Origin: Squalus acanthias
Lineage: Eukaryota
Reading direction: 5' to 3'
DNA: 64,000 nt
NCBI GenBank assembly: GCA_030390025.1
Contig: JASTWF010000033.1
Location: 6,078,001-6,142,000 of the forward strand
Shown here piece after piece: positions 9,122 through 19,399 of this stretch; position 1 is the first letter of the stretch; the number at the start of each line of letters is the position of its first letter. Both the position numbers and the translations under genes were made by a program. Below the pieces are notes generated by a model. The model did no database searches and was not told the DNA's origin. It saw only the letters and a program-made list of their open reading frames with translations.

Positions 9122-10988
9122 ACATAGAAATATAGAAGATAGGAGCAGGAATAGGACATTCGGCCCCTCGAGCCAGCTCCGCCATTTAATCTGATCATAG
9201 CTGACCATTCAAATTCAGTACCCTGTCCCTGCTTTCTCCCCATATCACTTTATCCCTTTAGCCTTAAGAAATATATCTAACTCCTTCGTGAATATATTTA
9301 ATGCGTTGGCCTCTACTGCCTTCTGTGGTAGAGAATTCCACAGTTTCACCACTCTCTGGTTGAAGAACTTCCTCCTCATCTCAGTCTTAAATGGCTTACC
9401 CCTTATCCTGAGACTGTGACCCCTGGTTCTGGACTACCCCACTATCGGGAACATCCTTCCTGCATCTCGTCTGTCTAGTCCTGTTAGAATTGTATTAATT
9501 TCAATGAGATCCTCTCTCATTCTTCTAAAGTCTAGCGAATACAAGCCAATTCGTCCCAATCTCTATTCATACGTCATTCCTGCCAACCCAGGTATCAGTC
9601 TGGTGAATCTTCGCTGCACTCTCTCCATGGCAAGAACATCCTTCCTCAGATAAGACGAACAAAACTGCACACAATAGTCAAGGTGTGGTCTCACCAAGGC
9701 CCTGTACAACTGCAGCAAGACATCATTGCTCCTGTACTCGAATCCTTTCGCTATGAAGGCCAACATACAATTTGCCTTCTTAACCGCCTACTGCACCTGC
9801 ATGCTTACCTTCAAAAACTGGTGCACAAGGACTCCCAGGTCTCGTTGCACTTCCCCTTTTCCCAATCTATTGTCGTTCAGATAATAATCTCCCTTTCTGT
9901 TTTTGCTAGCAGAGTGGATAACCTCACATTTATCCACATTATACTGCATCTGCCATGCATCTGCCCAATCACCCAACATACCAAATCATACTGGAGTTTA
10001 TCTGCATCCTCCTCACAAAACACACGCCCTCCCAGCTTTGTGTCGTCTGCAAACTTGGAGATATTACATCTAGTTCCCTCGTCTAGATCATTAATATCTA
10101 TTATGAATAACTGGGATCCTAGCACCGATCCCTGTTGTACCCCACTAGTCACTGCCTGCCACTCGGAAAAAGACCCATTTATTCCAACTTTTTGCTTCCC
10201 GTCTGCCAAACTGTTCTCTATCCAAGTCAGTACCTTGCCCCCAATCCCATGTGCCTTAACTCTACACGCCAATCTCTTATGTGGGGCCTTATCGAAAGCC
10301 TTCTGAAAGTCCAAATACACCACATCCACTGGATCTCCCTTATCTATTCTATCAGTTACATCCTCAAAAAATTCCAGTAGATTAGTCAAGCACGATTTAC
10401 ATTTTGTAAATCCATGTTGACTTTGTCCAATCCTGTCACTGTTTTCCAAGTGCTCTGCTATTACATCTTTTATAACGGACTCGAGCATTTTCCCCACTAC
10501 CGATGTCAGGCTTACCGGTCTATAATTTCCCGTTTTCACTCTCCCACCTTTTTTGAACAGTGGGGTAACATTAACTACTCTCTAATCCGTGGGAACTTTT
10601 CCAGGGTTTTTCGAATTTTGGAAGATGTCCAGCAATGCATCTACTATTTCTAGGGCCACTTCCTTAAGTACCTTAGGATGTAGATTATCAGGCTCTGGGG
10701 ATTTAACGGCCTAAAATTCCGTCAATTTCCCTAACACCATTTCCCTACAAATACTGATTTCATTCAGTTCCACCCTCTCATTAGACCCTATGTTCCCCGA
10801 CATCTCTGGGTGGTTATTTGTGCTCTCCTTTGTGAAGACAGAGCCAAAGTATGTATTTCATTGGTCAGCCATTTCTTTGTTCCCCATTATAAATTCCCCA
10901 GGTTCTGACAGCAAGGGACATACGCTTCACGTCACCAATCTATTTCTCTTCACAGAATGATAAAAGTTCTTATAGTCAGTTTTTATGT
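9122..10988 (-). mobile_element. 5'-truncated CR1 LINE with frameshifted ORF2 reverse transcriptase
   Basis: ORF fragments 9877-10539 (NYRPVSLTSVVGKMLE, YLDFQKAFDK, KFADDTKL), 9788-9979 and 9563-9766 (LYRALVRPHLDYC). 3' tail ACATAGAAATATAGAA at 9122. Confidence 0.95.
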
Positions 10989-13900
10989 GTAAATTAACAA
11001 GTAACTGTAACTTTATTCCACGGCGTAGAGGATGCCATCTGTAAAATAAAAATTAACTGTTCCTTTTTTCCCCGCTGTAGAGGATACCAATTGTAAAATA
11101 ATAATTATCTGTAACTTTATTCCCTGGTGCAGAGGATACCATGTTTAAACTTACTATTAACTGTAATTTTATTTCCTGGTGTAGAGTATAAAATCTGTAA
11201 ATTAACAATTAACTGTAACTTTATTCCTCGGTGCAGAGGATACCAAATGTAAATTAACAATTATCTGTAAATTTATTCCTTGGTGCAGAGGACACCATGA
11301 GTAGAATAACAATTAACTGTAACTTTACTCCCCGGTGTAGAGGATACCATGTGTAAATTAACAATTATCTGTAACTTTATTCCCCGTTGTAGAGGATAAC
11401 ATGTGTAAGTTAACAATTATCTGTTACTTTATTCACTGCTGTCGAGGATACCATGTGTAAATTAACAAGTAACTGTAACTTTATTCCCCGGTGTAGAGGA
11501 TACAATATGTAAATTAACAATTAAGTGTAACTTTATCCCCCCGGTGTAGAGGATATCCATATGTAAATTAACAATTAACTGTAATTTATTAACCAGTGTA
11601 GAGGTTACTATATGTAAATTAACAATTAACTGTAATTTATTCCCCAGTGTAGAGGATACCATGTGTAAATTAACAATTTTTAGTTACTTTATTCACTGCT
11701 GAAGAGGATACTTTGTATTAATTAACAGATAACTGTAAATGTATTACACGGTGTACAGGATACCATGCGTAAATTTGCAATTAACCTTCAATTTATTAGC
11801 TGGTGTAGAGGATACCATGTGTAAATTAATAATCAACTGTAACTTTATTTCCCGGTGTAGAGGATACCATGTGTAAATTAACAATTAACTGTAACTTTAT
11901 TCCCCGGGGTAGAGGATACAGTGAGTAAATTAACAATTATCTGTTACTTTATTCCCCCGGTGCAGAGGATACCAAGCGTAAATTAACAATTAACCTTCAT
12001 TTTATTCCATGGTGTAGAGGATACCAGGTGTAAATTAACAATTAATTGTAACTTTATTCACTGGTGCAGAGGAAACCATTTGTAAATTAACAATTAACTG
12101 TAACTTTATTCCCCGGTGTGGAGTATCCCATATGTAAATTGGCAATTAACTGAAACATTATTCCCCGGTGTAGTGGACACTATGTTTAAATTAACACTTA
12201 ACTCTAACTTTATTCCGCGGTGTAGAGGTTACTATGTTTAAATTAACACTTAACTGTAACTTTATTCCGCGGTGTAGAGGATACCATGTGTAAATTAACA
12301 ATTTACTGTAACTTTATTCCCCGGTGTAGTGGATACTATGTTTAAATTAACAATTAACTGTAACTTTATTCACAAGAGCAGAGGATACCCTGTGTAAATT
12401 AACAATTAACTGTAACTTTATTCCTGGTGTAGAGGATACCATGTGTAAATTAACAATTATCTGTTACTTTATTCCCCAGTGCAGAGGATACCATGCGTAA
12501 ATTAACAATTAACCTTCATTTTATTCCATGGTGGAGAGGATACCGTGTGTAAATTAAAAATTAACTGTAACTTTATTCACTGCTGTAGAGGATACCATGT
12601 GTAAATTAACAATTAACTGTAACTTTATTCACTGGTGCAGGGAATACCATCTGTAAATTAACAATTAACTGTAACTTTATTCCGCAGTGTAGAGGATACC
12701 ATGTGTAAATTAACAATTAACTGGAACTTTATTCCCCGGTGTAAATGATACCGAATGTAAATTAACAATTATCTCTAACTTTATTCCCCGGTGAAAGGAT
12801 AACATATGTAAATTAACAATTGACTGTAACTTTATTCCAGGATGTAGAGGATACAATGAGCAAATTAACAATTAACTGTAACTTTATTCCCCGGTGTAGA
12901 GGACAGCAGCTGTAAATTAACAATTCATTGTAACTATATTCACTGTTGCAGAGGAAACCATTTGTAAATTAACAATTAACTGTAACTTTACTCCCCGATA
13001 CAGTGAATACCATATGAAAATATACAATTAACTGTAACTTTATTCCCTACTGCAGAGGATACCATGTGTAAATTAACAATTAACTGTAACTTTATTCCAC
13101 GGTGTAAAGGATACCATATGTAAATTAACAATTAACTGTAACTTTATTCCCCGGTGTAAAGGATACCATATGTAAATTAACAATTAACTGTAACTTTATG
13201 CCCGGGTGTAGACGAGACAATGAGTAAATTAACAATTAACTGTAACTTTATTTCCTGGTGTAGAGGATTCCATGTTTAAATTAACAATTAACTGTAAATT
13301 TATTCACTGCTGTAGAGGATACCGTGTGTTAAGTACAGATAACTGCATCGTTATTCCCCAGTGTAGAGGATGCCATGCATAAATTAACAATTATCTCTAA
13401 CTTTATTCCCCGGTGAAAGGATAACATATGTAAATTAACAATTAACTGTAACTTTATTCCGCAGTGTAGAGGATACCATGTGTAAATTAACAATTCACTG
13501 GAACTTTATTCCCCGGTGTAGAGGATACCAGCTGTAAATTAACAATTCATTGTAACTATATTCACTGGTGCAGAGGAAACCATTTGTAAATTAACAATTA
13601 ACTGTAACTTTACTCCCCGATACAGTGAATACAATATGAAAATATACAATTAACTGTAACTTTATTCCCTACTGCAGAGGATACCATGTGTAAATTAACA
13701 ATTAACTGTAACTTTATTCCACGGTGTAAAGGATACCATATGTAAATTAACAATTAACTGTAACTTTATTCCCCGGTGTAAAGGATACCATATGTAAATT
13801 GACAATTAACTGTAACTTTATTCCCGGGTGTAGACGATACAATGAGTAAATTAACAATTAACTGTAAATTTATTCCCCGTGTAGAGGATACCATGTTTAA

Positions 13901-16900
13901 ATTAACAATTAACTGTAACTTTATTCACTGCTGTAGAAGATACCGTGTGTTAAGTACAGATAACTGCATCGTTATTCCCGAGTGTAGAGGATGCGATGCA
14001 TAAATTAACAATTAACTGTAACTTTATTCCCTGGTGCAGAGGATACCATGTGTAAATTAATAATTAACTGTAACATTATTCGCTGGTGCAGAGGATACCA
14101 TGTGCAAATTAACAATTAACTGTAACTTTATTACGCGGTGTAGAGGATACCATATGTAAATTAACAATTAACTAAAACTTTATTCCCGGGTGTAGAGGAT
14201 ACAATGAGTAAATTATAAATTAACTGTAACTTTATTCCCCGGTGTAGAGGATACCAGGTGTAAATTAACAATTAACTGTAACTTTATTTCCCGGTGTAGA
14301 GGATACCATGTGTAAATTAACAATTAACTGTAACTTTATTCCTCGGTGTAGAGGATACCATGTGTAAATTAACAATTAACTTGTAACTTTATTTCCCGGT
14401 GTAGAGGATACCATGTGTAAATTAACAATTAACTGTAACTTTATTCCCCAGTGTAGAGGATAAAATGAGGAACTTAACAATTAACTGTAAATTTATTCCC
14501 CGGTGTAGAGGATACAGTGAGTAAATTAACAAATAACTGTAAATTTATTCCCCGGTGTAGAGGATACCAGGTGTAAATTAACAATTAATTGTAACTTTAT
14601 TCACTGGTGCAGAGGAAACCATTTGTAAATTAACAATTAACTGTAACGTTATTCCCCGGTGTAGAGTATACCATATGTAAATTGACAATTAACTATAACT
14701 TTTTTCCCCGGTGCAGTGGACATGTTTAAATTAACACTTAACTGTAACTTTATTCCGCGGTGCAGAGGATACCATGTGTAAATAACCAATTAACTGTCAC
14801 TTTATTCCCTGGTGCAGAGGATAGCATGTGTAAATTAACAATTAACTGTAACTCTAATCCCTGGTGTAGAGGACACCAGGTGTAAATTAACAATTAACTG
14901 TAACTTTATTCTTGGTGTAGAGGATTCCATGTGTAAATTAACAATTTACTGTAACTTTATTCCTGGTGTAGAGGATACCATGTGTAAATTAACAACTATC
15001 TTTTTCTTTATTCCCCAGTGTAGAGGATACCATGTGTAAATTAAAAATTAACTTTAACTTTATACACTGCTGTGGAGGATAGCATGTGTAAAAGAACAAT
15101 TAACTGTAACTTGATAAACTGCTGTAGGGGATACCATGTGTAAATTAATAATTAACTGTAACTTTATTCACTGGTGCAGAGGATAGCATGTATAAATGAA
15201 CAATTAACTGTAACTTGATTAACTGCTGTAGAGGATACCATGTGTAAATTAACAATTAACTGTAACTTTAATCCCCGGTGTAGAGGACACCATGTGTAAA
15301 TTAACAACTTACTGTAACTTTATTCCCCGGTGGAGTGGAAACAATGTTTAAATTAACAATTAACTGTAAGTTTTTCCCCGATGCAGAGGATACCATGTGT
15401 AAATTAACAATTGATTGTAATGTTTTCGCTGCTGTAGTGGATACCATGTGTAAATTAACAATTAACTGTAACTTTATTCCGCGGTGTAGAGGATACCATG
15501 TGTAAATTAACAACTTACTGTAACTTTATTACCCGGTGGAGTGGATACAATGTTTAAATTAACAATTAACTGTAACTTTTTCCCCTGTGTAGAGGATACC
15601 ATGTGTAAATTAACAATTAACTGTAACATTATTTACCGGTGTAGAGAATACCATGTGTAAATTAAAATTTAACTGTAACTTTTGTTCCTTGTGTGGAGGA
15701 TACCATGTGTAAATTAACAATTAACTGTAACTATTTCCCCGGTGTTGAGGATACCATGTATAAATTAAAGAATAACTATAACTTTATTTCCAGGTGCTGA
15801 GGATACCTTATGTAAATTAACAATTTACTGTAATTTTATTCCCTGGTGTAGAGGATACAATGTGAAAATTAACAATTAACTGTAACATTTTTCCCCGGTG
15901 TAGAGGATACCATGTGTAAATTAACAATTAACTGTAAATTTATTCCCCGGTGTAGAGGACACCAGGTGTAAATTAACAATTAATTGTAACTTTATTCACT
16001 GGTGCAGAGGAAACCATTTGTAAATTAACAATTAACTGTAACTTTATTCCCCGGTGTAGAGTATACCATATGTAAATTGACAATTAACTGTAACTTTTTT
16101 CCCCGGTGAAGTGGTCACTATGTTCAAATTAACACTTAACTGCAACTTTATTCCGCGGTGCAGAGGATACCATGTGTAAATTAACAATTATCTGTAACTT
16201 CATTCCCTGGTACATTGGATAGCATGTGTAAATTAACAATTAAGTGTAATTTTTTCGCTGCTGTAGTGGATACCATGTGTAAATTAACAATTAACTGTAA
16301 CTTTATTCCCAGGTTTAGAGGATACCATGTCTAAATTAACAATTATCTGCTACTTTATTCCCCGGTGTAGAGGATACCGTGTGTAAATTAAAAATTAACT
16401 GTAACTTTATTCACTGCTGTGGAGGATAGCATGTGTAAAAGAACAATTAACTGTAACTTGATTAGCTGCTGTAGGGGATACCATGTGTAAATTAAGAATT
16501 AACTGTTTCTTTATTCCCCGGTGTGGAGTATTCCATGTGTAAATTTAAATTTAACTGTAACATTTGTTCCTTGTGTAGAGGATACCATGTGTAAATTAAC
16601 AATTAACTGTAACGATGTCCCCGGTGCAGAGGATACCATGTGTAAATTAACAACTTACTGTAACTTTATGCCCCGGTGTCGTGGATACAATTTTTTATTT
16701 AACAATTAACTGTAACTTTTTCACCGGTGTAGAGGATACCATGTGTAAATTAATAAATAACTATAACTTTATTTCCCGGTGCTGAGGATACCATATGTAA
16801 ATTAACAATTAACTGTAATTTTATTCCCTGGTGTAGAGGATACAATGTGAAAATTAACAATTAACTGTAACATTAATCCCAGGTGTAGAGGATACAATGT

Positions 16901-18041
16901 GTAAATTAACAATTAATTGTAACTTTATTCACTGGTGCAGAGGAAACCATTTGTAAATTAACAATTAACTGTAACTTTATTCCCCGGTGTAGAGTATACC
17001 ATATGTAAATTGACAATTAACAGTAACTTTTTTGCCCGGTGTAGTGGACACTATGTTTTAATTAACACTTAACTGTAACTTTATTCCGCGGTGTCGAGGA
17101 TACTATGTTTAAATTATCACTTAAATGTAACTTTATTCCGCGGTGCAGAGGATACCATGTGTAAATTAACAATTTACTGTAACTTTATTCCCGGTGTAGT
17201 GTATACTATGTTTAAATTAACAATTAACTGTAACTTGTTTCCCTGGTGCAGAGGATACCATGTGTAAATTAACAATTATCTGTAACTTCATTCCCTGGTG
17301 CATTGGATACCATGTGTAAATTAACAATTAACTGTAACTCTAATCCCTGGTGTAGAGGACACCAGGTGTAAATTAACAATTAACTGTAACTTTATTCCTC
17401 GGTGTAGTGGATACAATGTGTAATATAACAATTATCTTTAATTTTATTTCCTGTTGCAGAGGAGACCATGTGTAAATTAACAATTAAGTGTAACTTTACT
17501 CCCAGGTGTAGAGGATACCATGTGCAAATTAACAATTTACTGTAACTTTATTCCTGGTGTAGAGGATACCATGTGTAAATTAACAATTAACTGTAACTTT
17601 ATTCACTGCTGTTGAGGATAGCATGTGTAAAAGAACAATTAACTGTAACTTGATTAACTGCTGTAGGGGATACCATGTGTAAATTAACAATTAACTGTAA
17701 CTTTATTCACTGGTGCAGAGGATAGCATGTGTAAATGAACAATTAACTGTAACTTGATTAACTGCTGTAGAGGATACCATGTGTAAATTAACAATTAACT
17801 GTAACTTTAATCCGCGGTGTAGAGGACACCATGTGTAAATTAACAACTTACTGTAACTTTATTCCCCGGTGGAGTGGATACAATGTTTAAATTAACAATT
17901 AACTGTAACTTTTTCACCGGTGTAGAGGATACCATGTGTAAATTAACAATTAACTGTAATTTTTTCGCTGCTGTAGTGGATACCATGTGTAAATTAACAA
18001 TTAACTGTAACTTTATTCCGCGGTGTAGAGGATACCATGTG
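10985..18041. repeat. 52-bp satellite array, left part
   Basis: Consensus ATGTGTAAATTAACAATTAACTGTAACTTTATTCCCCGGTGTAGAGGATACC. Period 52 (GTAAATT at 11821 and 11873), with some 51-bp units. Confidence 0.98.
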
Positions 18042-18235
18042 TGTGGTAACACAATACAGCTTCCTGTGACTTGAACTTTATTACATCACTTCCTGTGATT
18101 AGTCCAGGATAAATACTGGGCTGATCAGTCGGATCCTGGAGAGGCATAGAGTAAGACCTCTTTTGTATGTAGCACCTTTTTAGTTGATTAAAGCTTACTT
18201 TAAGTTCACCACGCGTAAGGCTCATTCTTACGACA
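18042..18235 (+). repeat. Gypsy 5' LTR
   Basis: TGTGGTAAC..CTTACGACA. Differs from the 3' LTR at one base (GAGTAAG versus GAGCAAG). ATTAAA at 18187-18192. Confidence 0.98.
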
Positions 18236-18236
18236 A

Positions 18237-18247
18237 TTTAATCAACT
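18237..18247 (+). promoter_or_regulatory. Non-tRNA primer-binding site, candidate self-priming site
   Basis: TTTAATCAACT, 1 nt after the LTR, is the exact reverse complement of AGTTGATTAAA at 18182-18192. No TGG-type tRNA PBS is present. Confidence 0.7.
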
Positions 18248-18313
18248 TTGAAAAACTTCGCACTCAAACTTTTTGGACGAACTTGGAACTAAGGATCCAG
18301 GGAATCACCCATC

Positions 18314-19399
18314 ATGGAAAACATCCTTAAACCATCGCGTCTTGACTTGGACCCAAACACCCCAGCAGCCGGTAAGGTGTGGAAACACTGGTATCGCACG
18401 TTTGACAATTTTCTCGAATATTGCAAGGCTGATGATGACTCAAAATTGCGGATACTCATCAACTGTGTCACCCCGAATGTATTTCAGTATGTCGAGGAAT
18501 GGGGCAGTTACGAGGAGGCAATTCGGACGCTTAAAAGACTATATACTAAGACACCGAATGAGGTCTATGCCAGACATCTACTAGCTACAGCCCAACAAGG
18601 GCCGGAGGAATCCATTGATAAATTCCTCCAAGAGCTTCGCAGACTTAGTATGGACTGTAACTTTCAGGCGGCCTCAGCTGAGCTGTACCGTGAAGAAATG
18701 ATCCGTGATGCTTTCATCTGCGGGCTTGCCTCCCCATTTATACGCCAGCGTCTACTGGAAAGTAAGACACTTGAGCTTCAGAGAGCTTATGACATGGCTT
18801 GCTCTCTAGATCTGGCAAAAAGAAATGCAGACCTTTATACAGTGCCCAGACCTCGGTCTGCTGCCTTAACTACAGTCAGGCAATTTAGGAGGCCACAGGT
18901 GAACTCTATTAGGGAGGACTTTATCCCTGACGATCAATCTGATGACTTCACTGATGAAGAGGATGATGACCCCACTGTGGCAGCCTCTTGGCAATCTAAG
19001 AAATGCTTCTTTTGTGGTGATGAGTTTCACCCTCGGAAATTCTGCCCTGCTCGCAATGCGTTTTGCAGTCATTGCAACAAAAAGGGTCATTTTGCAAAGG
19101 TTTGCCTATCAAGAGCCTCTACGAGGGCTTATCAAGCTAAGTCCTACCGAACTGCCCCGGTAAGGGCCTATCAAGATGTTCCGGCTAAAATCTATCGTGC
19201 TTCCTCTCGGGTTTTCTCTCGAAGAAACACACCTAGAGTTTCAGCCACTCTTTGTGCAACGACACCAATTACAGCTGCTTGTCCTCAGAACCTATTCCAT
19301 GCAGCTACAAAAGCATCAATTAATGGACATACTTTAGATGCCTTAATTGACTCAGGTAGCACTGATAGTTTCATTAGGGAACAGATTGTTGCAGAGTAA
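18314..19399 (+). CDS. gag: Gag with twin zinc knuckles plus N-terminal half of aspartic protease (ends at an in-frame TAA)
   Basis: 361 aa. Contains CFFCGDEFHPRKFC-PA-x3-CSHCNKKGHFAKVC and the protease active site ALIDSGS just before the stop. Confidence 0.92.
   Translation: MENILKPSRLDLDPNTPAAGKVWKHWYRTFDNFLEYCKADDDSKLRILINCVTPNVFQYVEEWGSYEEAIRTLKRLYTKTPNEVYARHLLATAQQGPEESIDKFLQELRRLSMDCNFQAASAELYREEMIRDAFICGLASPFIRQRLLESKTLELQRAYDMACSLDLAKRNADLYTVPRPRSAALTTVRQFRRPQVNSIREDFIPDDQSDDFTDEEDDDPTVAASWQSKKCFFCGDEFHPRKFCPARNAFCSHCNKKGHFAKVCLSRASTRAYQAKSYRTAPVRAYQDVPAKIYRASSRVFSRRNTPRVSATLCATTPITAACPQNLFHAATKASINGHTLDALIDSGSTDSFIREQIVAE

Noticed and set aside
9683..10306. 207-aa plus-strand ORF
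   Set aside because: It is the antisense shadow of the CR1 ORF2 RT.
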